DNA from: Raillietiella orientalis
Taxonomy: Eukaryota
Direction of reading: 5' to 3'
Length of the DNA: 64,000 bases
Assembly (NCBI GenBank): GCA_036172245.1
Contig: JAYWIR010000070.1
Location: forward strand, 124,001-188,000
Shown here: one piece after another, positions 1 to 13,200 of the stretch
Layout: every line of letters starts with the position of its first letter
How positions within the stretch are numbered: the first letter of the stretch is position 1
The notes under the pieces: model-generated
What the model saw: the letters and a program-made list of their open reading frames with translations, nothing else
Databases searched by the model: none
What the model was told of the DNA's origin: nothing
Made by a program: the position numbers and the translations under genes

Positions 1-797
1 ATGTCATGCTTATTAAATGAGGTTAAATAGCAACAACATAGAATCCAATACTTCGTGATCAATAATGGCAAAATTACATCATCTGTTGATGCTGTGCTCT
101 GGAGCAATTGCGATTTGGATTACACATCAAGATAAACCTAAGTAAATAACAATGTGATTCAACTTGCTGCAGCTGCAAAAAAAAAATTGTAGTACTAATG
201 GATGCACCATTTCTTTTGAAATATAGACCAAACTCTTTAAAGTGATAAAATACAACAAGCACAGCAACATGCACTGACATCACTGAATATCTCTGAACAG
301 TGACTTATGAAGTTGCTATCAATATTGCTTCACTGACACTTCAAAATCAAAATCACCTAGCCATGAGAAAAATGCAAAATGATTCGTTGCATTTATATAT
401 TTCTTCATGAGTGATTCGATAAAAAGCAGTCCTTCGAGGATTTAATCATATTATGAGCAAAAATGGTCATCATAACTGTAATAAATATTAAATTGATTTT
501 GAAAAACAAAAACTAGTTTTATTTTAAAGAAAGTGCATACGTAAATAAGAGTTGCAATCGCAAATTTGCATCACAAAGTAATATGCTAATCCATATGTCA
601 CACTCAGATAAGGTAAGACAACACAAAAAAATCCAGCAAAATAACTCAAACTGCATTACTGTCAACTGCTATTTTCTCTACAATTCTATCATTAAATAAA
701 GCTTGCTTTATTCACAAATTAATAAAAAATTTTCAATTGATCACTTTTAAATCAAAATATGGCCATTTACATTTTTATGTCCTCAAATTTACCATAA

Positions 798-3486
798 TCA
801 CAGCAATATGTATATAAAAACATTCTTTGATGCCCTTCTCTCCTCAATCCTCTTACAATATCTCAATATGCCCAAACAGCCATAAACTGACTTTGCCATA
901 GTTAATTTCCCCAAATCATGAAGATCTTGAGAGGAACAGAAGAACTTCCCTTCATATTAAAAATACGTAGTCAGAAAATAATTAGAGAAAATATCCACCT
1001 TTTCCAGTGATGTCTTCCTGCTTGTTCCATTCTTCTATCTGCCTCTGCAATGGCATTCCAATTGTTGCTCTTGGTTTGCTAATGATTTTATATTTTTCCT
1101 GAAGAGTTACATTGAACTGAATTACTACCCGGTTAATAGCATCCAATGTTTGTCGAAGTTTCACATATCTAATAAAGAAAATTCATTATAGATTGCCACA
1201 TTGGACCATAAGCTAATAAATGTTTACTCAGGAACTTTTTGCAGCTCAGACTTGGTCATAAGGCTCATTTGAGGTATAACTTTTAGTTTTTTCTTATGGA
1301 GATGAATAGATTTTTTGTGAGAAAGACTTTGTGATACACTTGGTGGTAGGTTCTCTTTCAGATTTTCTGCAAGTGCCTAAAAAAATGCAATATATGAAAA
1401 TCCAAACAAGTTAATATTCTGTAATTTAGAAATCGGAATTTGCTACCAATGAAGAAAACTTTTCATTTTTATCAATCCACATGCATTCATGATTTGAAGT
1501 TTACACTTTCAGGAATGGAAAAAGCTTTTCGAAAACAAAAAAAAAAACAAAAAAAAAAAAAAAGAGAGAGAGAGAGAGAGATACTTTATGTATCTGCTTT
1601 GTTATACCTCCTTTCCATATTCACTCATGTTTCTGGAAAGAAACGCTAATACCTACTCTCAAAATCCCATATGCAATTCATATGATTAATCTGCTATATC
1701 CTGGTTAAACCAGCAAATACTAATGCCTAATTTTCTATTCTTAAGATCTGTCTCATTTAAAATCAATTAGCTCCCTAATAAAATCAACACAAGAAAGATC
1801 CAAAAAGAACCATTACCATTCTGTGCATAAAGAATGTTAATGGTTCTATTTATTCTATCTTCTGATTATATCTTTGAAAGATAATTTCTCTCAAAGCAAT
1901 GCATACTTTCCAACTAATAAGATGCATTACTAATCAAACATATTTAACATCACAATTTACTGTAAGACCAAGGCAATAAAAGATGATTCAAACAAAAACA
2001 AAACAAAAACACATTTCATCTTGACTAATGAATTTCTAATCAATAAATTAGCATGCTGAAAAAAATGCTTAATTAAGCATTTTTTTCATGCATGCTCTGG
2101 ACATTCTTGCCATATGTTGCTACTTCCTCACATTTCATTAGAATTCAAGCTGCACTAAATTGCCAATCTTTAGAATGACTAAGTGATTTGCAAACTCCAG
2201 GCTAATTTATGAGAAACTCTTGCTATATGATGCCAATCATATGTAAAAATAACTCAATACGTACATAAATTTACGTCAACAGGAATTCCAATGCTGCTGA
2301 ATAGGATACTTAGTGTCTTATCTTTAGGTAATTGTGGCTATAAATCAATATTCACACCATTAAGGCTTTTCATAATAAATCGTCATCTGAGATTAAATAT
2401 AAATTACTGGACTTTTTTGAATTTTGTTTATCAAAGTAAACAAAATGTGTCCCAACAATTTGAAAGTTTTGAACAAATCCACAAGTGAAATCACAATGCT
2501 TTCATGGTTGCTCTAAAAACTTCAGGGTATAAAGGCACTTAAATCAATCAGTCATAAAGCATATATTTCAATTGTTAGGGCAATTTGCAAACATGTATCA
2601 TCAAATCACACATTCAGAAAAAGAACTCAATTTTGGTTGGAAGAAATTCTGCTAACTGAGGAATACCAACTTTGTGGGGAATTATTTGCTACTTCATCCT
2701 GTACTTTGACAAGAATCATGCAGTATGCATTTTGCAATCACATTCATATGCATGGTCTCCCATTTCAATCTTAAATGTTTTCTTCATCCTACTCACACAC
2801 ATGTGCACATAAATTACAGATTACAAAAAATTCCTGGATATAAGTAAAGGCACCAATGATAAACAGAAGTATTTGAACTAGATACATAACATTAATAATT
2901 ACACTCATGAAATCAGGTATCCAAAGGTATTTTGGAGATTAATGAGGCAACTGTTCATAACAAAGTACCACACTTCGACAGTTCAGAATCATCATCAAGC
3001 AATCACTTCATGGATACTCACTTCAGCATGCAGCCTATATGAATGCTCCTCCTTTTCCTTTCTGCATTTTAATTTTGGAAGAATAGCAGGTAGATTGGAC
3101 TTCGTGTATTTGTAAATTTCGTTCACTTTCGTCAATTTCTCATTCGCATTCTCATTTGATACACACAAAAAAAAACTATTTCCGACTTAGTTCTTACTAC
3201 TTACTTGGTAACGGATCCTCAATGCATCCAATTTTTCTAACTCTTTTTGGCAGCTTTTCAATATGACGAGGGTCTCATTAATATCATCAAAACACGAGGA
3301 ATACCCAATCATCCCATGATCTTTGTTATTCATAAAATAATATACTTCATTGTTATCAATGAGTTTTGCTGTTTCATAACTACTATTAAGCTGGAGCAGG
3401 TTCGAAAGAAATTTGCAAAATTCTACAGCATTTAGCTTGTCTTCATAATAATTCACGACATTTTCCAAAGAACTTGTGAAATCCAT
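798..3486 (-). CDS. SKA1: Spindle and kinetochore-associated protein 1 (multi-exon)
   Basis: Manual splicing gives N-terminal MDFTSSLENVVNYYEDKLN... (3486-3205), a ~1.8 kb intron, then ALAENLKENLPP...IPQMSLMTKSELQKVPEYVKLRQTLDAINRVVIQFNVTLQEKYKIISKP...GKFFCSSQDLHDLGKL...GCLGILRYCKRIEERR...LL*. This matches the SKA1 microtubule-binding domain pattern (VP.Y.K.R.T...IN; KYKI..P; ILR.C.R+.E.R). GT-AG boundaries seen. Confidence 0.85.
1532..1581. repeat. poly(A)/(GA)n simple repeat in SKA1 intron
   Basis: Directly visible A-rich run followed by about 9 GA units. Confidence 0.9.
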
Positions 3487-6400
3487 CCTCACTTCAATTT
3501 CAAATTGAAAGCGCAGTCCGGAGGTACCAAGTGATACCAGACAAGGACGTTGAAATTAATTGCTGCTTTATATCGAATGGCAGATTTTCTTGATAAACAA
3601 AAAACAAACTTTACCTAATTTATTTTTCCAATAAAATCTTTATTTATCAGTAAAAATGTTTTTGAGATGAACATTAGAAAATTAAGCAATACTCACGATG
3701 AATAACTCACTCTGAAGGCGTTTCCATGTGAACAATTTCAAATTCGAATGAATGACTACTTTGGAATCATTTCATTAAAAAACATTTTGATGCTATGTTG
3801 CGAATGATAAAAGATTTCGATCTCCGTCTCAACTACACAACTTCCAGATAAAATAACTGGTCAGCGGCAGCTATAGAATTGTTGCAAGATATGTTCATGC
3901 GCTGTCTTTTTTGGTTAATGCATCACAGCTTTCCATCGCGGTTGAATCACATAGCTGGGATTTGAAACATTTGAAATATATTTGATCATTTTCTGAATAC
4001 ATCGTATGTGATGCAAATAGGTGATCCAAGAAACTCGAATCACCACTCTGCACAAGTATCCCCGAGCTTTCACTGTTGAAAATATTCCACATTTGAAGTA
4101 CTCAAGAAGATACTTCCAGTTTCAGAAACTCATTTGAACCGGATGAGAAGGTACAACTGCTAAGCACACAAAAGCGAAAAATGGATGGAGGAGCGAAAGA
4201 AAGAAGCGCGAGTGCAGATCTTAAGGAAAGACCTACGCACTCAACATTGGATTTGTTTGGAATCTCACGTTCATATGCCATGATTGGGAGAAATTATTGG
4301 AGATTAACTTTGATTTCTAGCCCAGAAGCATTAATTAATTAACTGATCAGAGCACAGTCTAGAAGTCCATACACAGGAATTCAGAAGAATTATGGTTATT
4401 CGATTTCTTTTGAGAGGTCGCATCTGAAAGTCTTACGGAGAGTCTCTTGAAGACTGAAGCAATTTCTAGAAAAAGCACGTTGGTATTAGCTTGCAAAATA
4501 GTTGACTATGACCAACAATGATGCAAATGACCAACTCATTCACTAATATACGGAAGCACAGTCCATTCAAGGCAACCTCAAACGACTGATCCCTTCAGCA
4601 TTCGCGATAACCAAAGAATTACGAAGCATACTGTTCTTCTCTCCGCACATATTGACGCCCTGTTCAGAAAACATTGAAAGAAAGCTTCCCATCGGAGTTA
4701 TTTCATGGATCTAAAGAATAGGTCTTCGATGCTGATACCTATTATATCCGATTTAATGACAAGTAGAATGGCTTGTCTTTAATAAATCTGCGTTGGTCAA
4801 ACAACGACTGTCAAATGATGTCCATTCTACGTCAACTAGCAACCATAAGAGCTAAAAACAAGAGCCCGAAGGGCATACGAGCAGAACAAAGGTGATTACT
4901 TTTCAGAATTATTGCTTAAAGCGATTGCTTAGTCAATCCAAGTGTATGAAACATGTGGATTTGCAATTACTTGTCATCAGGAGACTAGCCTGGACAAACT
5001 AGATAAAGAGAGAATCCTACGCAGTTACTCTGGGGCGCACTAATTTATCAAAGAAAAAAGAAAAAGTACAGGAAATTGGCTCATGTACTTATTCTTTGTA
5101 CTCAACTGTTCCTGGAAACAGTTGGAGCTGCTAAAAAGGGCTGAACTATTGACTCACGGTTCGGCAATGAGAAAGATCTTGACGTCAAGAAAGGGGCAAG
5201 GGCATGGAAGAAAAATAAAGGAAGAGTGAATGGTATGGGATCCTCCGCTCCTTCACTCCTCGTTCCAGATGTGACCACTTGAACACCAGTATGGTGGAGG
5301 AAAAATGTATAGCTTACCGCCGTTTCTGGTGCAGTACTTCCTCAGGAGAGGACCTCGCCGGTCTTAGCACCGGATCACGACAAGTCTTCAAGAGTGGTAG
5401 AACCAAGTGTTCTGCCACGACAGAAGATAACTAAAGACTTTATTATGTAATATTGTAAAAAATTATGATAATAAATGCTCCGGCATATCCGGGTGATAAA
5501 CTTCCACATGGAAAGTCGCCAATGTTCTTCGGATTGAACGCAGGATTGTGACTAGGGTCGCAGGTGAAAGTCCGTTGAGCATGAAGCATCGTCTCCAGCT
5601 GAACGATCCTGGAAATTTTAGGTCCCATGACCAATTCTTTTTTCTACTGTATCGTCTTTGAATTATTGAGCCTCTATTTCTACTTTTAAGACGGATGGTC
5701 AAAACTTTAGAAAGAGCTTTAAAATTTAATGGAATCTCGGTATGGTGAAGCCTCGTCCCTTGTTGAAGGTATTCCTTTTAAAAGGGGATTTCGAAGGAAA
5801 CTCAACTGTCTGAGGAACATTAAGTTGAAGACTCTTCCTTCTTACTTCTTGTGGTCGATGAACTTTAATAGTTTCAAGACTGTTTCGTCTTCTGATATAC
5901 ATGCTGACACTATGTTCATAGACAAGGCAGAACCTACAGTGAACAGAGTTGTATCTCTGACCCTTGACTGAGTCCATATTTGGTCGCGAGTGGTGAATTC
6001 AGCTTTCAACGTCTAGCTTTGGAGAAAGTAACCTAAGAGAAGTTGCCCTCCACGTCTTAAGATCCGTTCTTCTCCTTGTTTTTTTGCTCGCTTCCGTTGA
6101 GTCGCATCTGTGATTCCATCTAAGAGATCGCACGTGGATCTCTGCTGAGTTGCGTCTAAAGTAGCTTCCTCTGATTCTTTTTTTGCGGATGAGGGAGCAA
6201 TCGATATCCGTTGCTAGTTCAGGCTAGTCTGTCTCCCTTTTCCTCCCTAGGATGCAAATTGCCATGGTTGGTGGGGTTGGGGGTAAGGTGAGTAAAAAGG
6301 ATCCACTTACTGATTCCATGCAAGAGAATGGGATCAGCAATTCGGTTCGACTATCTTCGGTGCCAAGCGATCTTGCCACAGTGTCAACATTCTTGGAATG

Positions 6401-7669
6401 TGAATGTCTTGTCGACTGTGGGGTGCCCGTTTGGTCAGTGGGGATATTCGGTAACGAGCCAGAAGTCCTCGAAAGGTCATGCTCGTGGTGAGGACAGGGA
6501 GATGAGACAAGATGATTACTTTGCTTTGGATTTGCGCGCGTTCTGCCGTGGCCATGGTAGTGAGAGTACGAGATCACCCTGGGCAACATTTCGCATCAAG
6601 CGAAAGGCTAAAGCAAGGCGAAAAGCAAGGATGTTCATCGCCTCTTGATGCGGAACTCCCTGCCAGGTGCCGCGTGTGTTGCAGTTCTCTGCTGCATACG
6701 AGGAATAATGGACAAGTGGTACGCGTCGATAAGAGGTCACAGCAGTCGGAATGCCATCCACTGGGCGGTGATCTCCATGGAGAAGGCTGCCCGTTGGCGC
6801 CGGCTGAGAAAAATTCTGCCAGCACTTGTTAGCATACGGAACCAGATGCAGAGGCCTTCACTCAGCGATCAGTGATCCCCTCCCTTCCCTCCCCCTCCCC
6901 ATAAACAATGTCTCCCAGGCGTTTTTTTTTCGTTTTTTTGTTTTTTTTTTTCTTTTTTCCCGTCCTCTTCGCGAGTGGAGTAGGCCTTACCGGCACTCAA
7001 GTCGGTAAACAAGTGCCACACAAAACGAACAAGTGTTCCGAGAGGAACACAAATACAATTCAAACATCGACTAAAATTAGAAATTGCAAATTTGTATTTT
7101 TCAAAATGATAAAAGCCCCGGCTTACCCGGGTGAAAACATTCATTCTTGGACACCGCCTAGAGGCTCGAGTGCCTTTTTCCACTTTCCATCTTTCACATC
7201 AACGAATGTGGCAGCGATCAGACTTGCAGTCTCCTCGCGTTCGGATGTCCAAATGTCACAGTAAAAAGGCTGCAGGTCCATTCGCAATTCACGGCGCAGT
7301 GGCGGGATTTCGACCCCGGAATGTATGGGGCTTCGAACCACCATGCTGCCGTCGGTCGCGCTTGAAACCATCAGCAGAACCGTTCTCGTGCGCTTCCCCT
7401 CAGAGGAGCAGCATCTCCGTAGGACCATCTCTGAGCTCGAGGGTTGAACAGACTTCTGGAGGAGGGGTTCAGCAAGGGATCGCAGGTTCCTTGGCGAGAG
7501 CATTCCTAGCAAAATCCAACGAGTGTACTAGCCAAAGGACCTGTTCACGGTCGAAAACTGAACGGGTGAGGGAAGGCAGGTTGTGCTGGCATCGGCATCG
7601 TTGCGGACTCCCTCACGCACAACTTTTGCGGATCCACTGCCACTCTCCGCCAGAGTACACAGAGGTCAC

Positions 7670-9280
7670 AGCAGACCGTGAACAGGTCCGGGAACGATTC
7701 GCTCTCCCGCATCGGCGCCAGCAAGGGGGAAGCTCTATCCCTAGGGAGGGGATATCGCGGCTGACTGTACTCGAGTGCCGGTGAAGGAAATGCACCATTT
7801 CGTGACGCTGTTTGAGGGAAGCACTGACGCGTGGATGTCCAAGGAAGGGATAAAAGTTCCTTTAGTGGTCAAAGAACAGTTCATGACCGCCTAAGCGGAC
7901 GACTTGCTTCTCCTGCTGTCCATATCCACCCTGGCAGCGAGGCTCGAGGGCTTCTTCGAGCTGATCTGCCGTGGGCATCAGCGTCAACAGGACGAAGTTC
8001 ATGGTCGTACCGGTGGGTGTGTCGTGGGAGGGGCAGGCCGACTGGATTCACTGAGGATCCAACAAGCAGGTACTTCAAGTACCTCGGCGTACCGTTGGGC
8101 TACTTCTGTGCTGCAGAAGCGTGGTCGATCTGTCTTCAGTTGGCAGAGATGGCTCTCGTCCCGTTGCTCAACGACAGGTTCATCTTGACATAGTGAAACT
8201 CCATCTGGAGCACTTTTGTTGCCTCCTTCCTCCTTCTCTTGTTTTTTGTATGCCTGAGGCAGGCAAACAAAAAGCCCATTTAGTGAAGTTCCAGGCGCAG
8301 CGCCTTGAGAAAAGCCTTGTGGGGCGCTGCGAGCTCTCAGATCCGACTGAAAAACTTGGTGGTGCCGCGCCAGGATGCTAGCTTGGGCATCCTGACCATC
8401 CACAAGATCGGCCTGCAGGTGCAGTTCCGAGTCCTGTCCCTGTGTGGTAGATTGTGGACTTGTCACTGATGTGCTACGTCACGCCACATCCTCCGGCGAT
8501 GAGCTGAAAGCGAAGGACTTCTCTCCTTGCTATCACGCTGCCAGAACAGGATGTCGAGATTCGATTTTCTTCTGAGGCTACTGTCCTCATTGTTGGGATC
8601 CCACACTTGGATCGCTTGCCGCCCCAAAACTGGAATGCCTGGAGACAAGAGGCACTGGTGTACCGGGTTGCCACTTTGGAAGTGCTCCTAGGGGAACTTC
8701 GTCCGCTGCAGAAACTCCCATACAAACCTCTGGAAGATCTGCAGAGCCGGATGCAGTGGTCCCGGGTAGCTGTCACTCCCCTTGCTGCAGCACTGTCTGC
8801 CCTCAGGGCAAGAAATGACAGCAGCTAGCCAGCGGGGTGGGAGTTCTCCTGCAAAACTGCAGGAGGTAAGAGACTCGTCGACGGAGTGCAAGACGAGCGA
8901 ATTGGTGTACGCCGTCACTCGTTACCTGGCGAAGGGACTTCTTCGGTGAGCGACCTGCTCGATGTGCCCCCTGAAGAACTCGCGGTCCCTTCCCTGTGTG
9001 CGGACACCTCCGTGTTCCCGTTCCGCCGGCAATGTTCTGGATGTTCTGTTGTTTCTGCACTGGAGGGATCCCAGCGTGACCGAAGCAGACACCTGGTTTC
9101 CTGGGGAGTTGTCTCCCCGAAGTGTTCCAGGTGGGGGACGGTGCGATTGCTCCCGCACCTCTTGTTGGACTGCAGTGCCTTGGAGGAAACGTGGCGGCGA
9201 CTCGCTTCGATGCTCTGTCGACAGTGGGATCCTCTGCTTCGGACTCGCTGCGGCGCTTGGTCACTCAGGGCTGGCTGAAG
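7670..9280 (+). mobile_element. Decayed L1/Tx1-like non-LTR retrotransposon ORF2 fragment (RT and C-terminal region)
   Basis: Across frameshifts: MTA*ADDLLLL (YADD with TAC>TAA, ~7883-7915), GISVNRTKFMVVPVG, FKYLGVPLG (~8075-8100), LWGAASSQIRLKNLVVPRQDASLGIL (post-RT GGLG-like box, ~8317-8395), and a CSMCP remnant near 8955. Ends approximate. Confidence 0.75.
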
Positions 9281-9483
9281 ACGGGCACTGAGATCGCAGC
9301 CATCTATTGCGACCGCACCATAGTGACAGTCCGCCGTGTGTTGGAGTCACGTTCGCGGCGAAGGGAGGCCACCAGAATGGCAGAAGCCTTCATGAGTACA
9401 GCTGCAAGGTGACTCATGTGCTACTAGTCTCCAGACTTCGCTTCTCAGGTTCCTTTGACTTCAGATCTCCTCTCTGCAGGTTT

Positions 9484-10213
9484 GATCCAAAATCCCGAAA
9501 GATCTTAAAAATAAATACATGTGCTTATTATATATATTGATATATAAATTTATGTACAGATTAATGTATTTCATAAAGATTACAAAAAGAAATGTATATG
9601 CTTATTATGTACATTAATATATGAATTTATTTATAAATGTACAAATTTAAATTTTAAAATACATATTTATTCATATATATATTCTTAATACATGCAGTGA
9701 AGATTACAAAGAATAAGTGTATATGGTTGTTATATATATCGATATATATGTTCCCATATAATAGATATGCATGAACTGCGCAAACAAATATCGAATTTTC
9801 AAAAAATATTAAAAACAAATTAAGAAACCAAAAATGAATTCCGTATTTCATTTTCCTGTCATTGCCAACACAAAAAAAATGAGACTTCCTCAACGATTGA
9901 TGAATTCCGTTTTGGGGATTTTGATCGTTCGATAAATACATATTTATAATTCTATAGTTTCATAATATGTATTAATAATAATTATTATATGAAAACATAT
10001 GCATGTTAAAACTGACTTGTATATGTACATATTAATTTACATATATAGATATTCGTATACATAATAAGCACATATATTTATTTTTTATAATACTTATCAC
10101 GTATACATGTACAATCTTTATCATGTAGTCCATACATGAATCTATATATAAATTTATATACCGATTTATATAAGAGCATGTGTTTATTTTCAAGATCTCT
10201 CGGTATTCTGATC
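9484..10213. mobile_element. AT-rich foldback/MITE-like element with imperfect ~75-bp terminal inverted repeats
   Basis: Left arm ccgaaagatcttaaaaataaatacatgtgcttattatatatattgatatataaatttatgtacagattaatgtat (from 9495) matches the reverse complement of the right arm, ccgagagatcttgaaaataaacacatgctcttatataaatcggtatataaatttatatatagattcatgtat (ending 10203). Abrupt AT-rich island in GC-richer DNA, with no coding capacity. Confidence 0.75.
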
Positions 10214-13200
10214 GTTTGGGGTTTCGATTGGCATCTCCACTCTGCAAACCATGCGTTAATCTCTGCCCCGCGCCTTCCCTGTTCTCTTGAGCACTTCAAT
10301 AGCAAACGAGCACTCCCGTCAGCAGTGTTTATCTCTAACCTGAAGTTCTGGAAATTTTACCTGGATGCAGTCGAATGCCCAGATATGAGCAGTCACTCAT
10401 TTGCACGCGTGTCCCGTATAAGAGCCTATTTTTGATTCCTTCGTTTACCCTTTTTCGTGGCAGTGCCATGTGCCTTTCTTGAAATGAGATTCCCTTTGCT
10501 ATCCTCTCTTACGAACGTTGTTGGTTTTGAATGGGAAGAACCTCCAGTACAGTGAGCTTTGCTCTTTCAGCTTTTTCATCTTCATCCCTTCGTCCAACAA
10601 GTTCTTAACTAGGACTTCCTAATTTTTCGGTGCATTCATTCTTTTGATAATGGCGCACGTGTTGCTGAACCAGTGGAGACCGGCTGCAAGGTCGGTTCTT
10701 AGCTATCCCCCAAACGGCGGAGTCCTGGGCTTCGAGCTAGGAAGCCGAAGCTCCCTAGCGAAGCAATCACGGCTCTTTCGATGCAGAGTTCACCTGAGGT
10801 CGTCTCCGACTGCTCCCGAAAACCGCGAAAGCTCCTCCACCTGGTAATGGAACCACTTCGAGTCTGCTGGATGCAAAACCACAGTTTGGGAACTTCTGGA
10901 TGGATCTCAACTGGGAGCGTGTCAAGTTCGAATCCCATCTCTCGCAAGGGCTTCACTCGAGGAGTGAAAATTCAAGTGAGGGCCAGAGCCCAGCGTTGTT
11001 CGTATGCCCCGTTGACTTTGGATTGGCACTGTTAAACTGGAAGTTTTTTTTCCTTTTTTTACCTAGGAAACGGCTTTGTTTGTTCACGAAGCCAGCAGAA
11101 TTTTTCCGACATCCGCATGGCATTCGATGAGACTTGGAGGGAATTGGGCTCTTATCTAAGGTACTTCCGCGGCTTCTTAAGTCCTGTGTTTACCGTCTCT
11201 TCCCCCCAGGATTACTTGTAAACGCATACGTGATGAATTTACTAGAAAAACTCATTCTTTATTCTGAACGCTTGCACCTGATAAAACTCTGTCCGAGGTT
11301 TCTGAGGCATCGAAAGTTCCGGTTCATAAACGGGAGTGTAGTTGAGATGGAAGCTTGGATGGGACAAAATTCATTTTCCGAGTTCGGATTTTTGATTTGG
11401 GAAAGCGATCAGTGAGCTTTGTAGTTCCAGCTTACGAATGTTTGAATCTAGAGGCGCCACTTTGATGGGACTTTGATCCACGAGAAACGAAGTGAATATC
11501 TGCTTCAGATATGCATTTTCCCGCAAAAAGTAATTGCATTATCTCTATTGGAGACTGCTAATCGCAAAGCTTTGATGTCGCTCGTACAATCTTATCTCGA
11601 GATGTTGAGAACGATAACATCACTGTCAGATGGAAAGACATCTTTACTGAAGCAAGAAAAGCACTGAAGTTGTAGCGTAAGAGGGTGCAAGAAAGACAAG
11701 ATGGTAGCCGAGTCTCTGAAGACTCTATTGAGAAAAAACTCACCTCGAGACCTTAGAAAATCTAGAAAATTCAACCGAATTGTTTCGTTCGAATTTTCCT
11801 AGTTGGAAATGGGTCTAAGAATAGGGTCTCTTCCGTATACTGCGGGAATAGAACATGGCTAAGAAAGGACGTAAGACTTCCATTAACACACAGGGTATGC
11901 AGTCTCCAAGAAGCCATCTCCAAGAGAAGAGCGTGTGAATTCCTCGAATCCAAACTTTCGAGATGATGGACGATTAGATCATGTTGCTCTCTTACGGCTA
12001 CCGGTAGAGTGCCACGGCAACTGGCAGGGATTTGTGTAGATCCTGACCACGTCTTCAGAACTCTTGGACGGCTGCTCTGGGTCCAAGAAATCCTCCTGAC
12101 TCTTCTGCGAGTAGCTCGAGATATCTCTAGACGAGATGAAAATACTTTTAGTCAAAAAACCCTTTCGTATGTTCCGTCGTTAGAACTTTCAAACCCAGAG
12201 AGAGTTCCGATGGTGGAAGCCAGTTTCAAGCATCTACATGCAGATGCAAATGATGGAGGCACAGCATCCGGTTACAGTTCCATCTGGTTTTCTAACAAGC
12301 TCACAGGCATGCAAGGTGAAGCTCTTGTGCGAGAGAACTGACCTTTTCCTCTGCAGTTCTTTTGATACCACGGTGCACCCTACAGAAGGCAGTCAGAAGG
12401 GGGTGGCACATTCATGCAAAGATCTCCACTTTCTCAAATTTGTTTTGTGTATTTTCACAAATTTGCATCTTTTCTTATCTTTCCTTCAGCACCTCTCCAT
12501 CAGATGAAATAAATGAGAAAAGAAGGTCTGGATCTTCAGCTTTTCATGGTGTGCGACAACAAGATTGAAAGGGACTTTGTGGTCGTCTGCCCCGGGAGGA
12601 GAGCAGAGATCTCGGAATGCCCTCTTCATCTGTCACTGGAAACTTCATCACTTCTTCACTTGCACTTGAGGCTGTTGAGCTCAAGAGCAGAACATTTGCA
12701 ACATCTCCATCTCGCTGACGATATCGTTTTTGCTTAGCAAGCCTGCGAAGAGGTTCCTTGCAGTCGCGCCTCGATGCCCGGGTCGGTCAGCGAGGGACTT
12801 GAGCGGATTGAGGGAAGAAAGCGAGGAGGCAGGTGAGAAAATAAAAGAATTGGAGAGCTGATTCACGAAGAGGAGCCAGTATTGTCAGAATCTGGCCATC
12901 TATGAGACCAGATAGTTTGTGCGCGCGAGACTTTCTGCTCCTCTAACTCTGTTTCGTGCCTTGTGACACTTTTCTTCCGACAGATGCTTGATTTTCAGGC
13001 AGAGGAGGCGGGCATCGCTGAGACTCACCGGGAAAGACTCTGTCATTTCGCATCGTAAAAGGGACTGGGAGTGGGGGGCCGGGACCAAGGAAGTACGCTG
13101 CGGGAGGAGCTCTGAAAACAGTATGCTCGATTGGCATTTCTGGACACGGAGGAAGAGCCGATGAGTTATGAAGCGAATGGGTCCAGGGGCTCAGAAGGAA

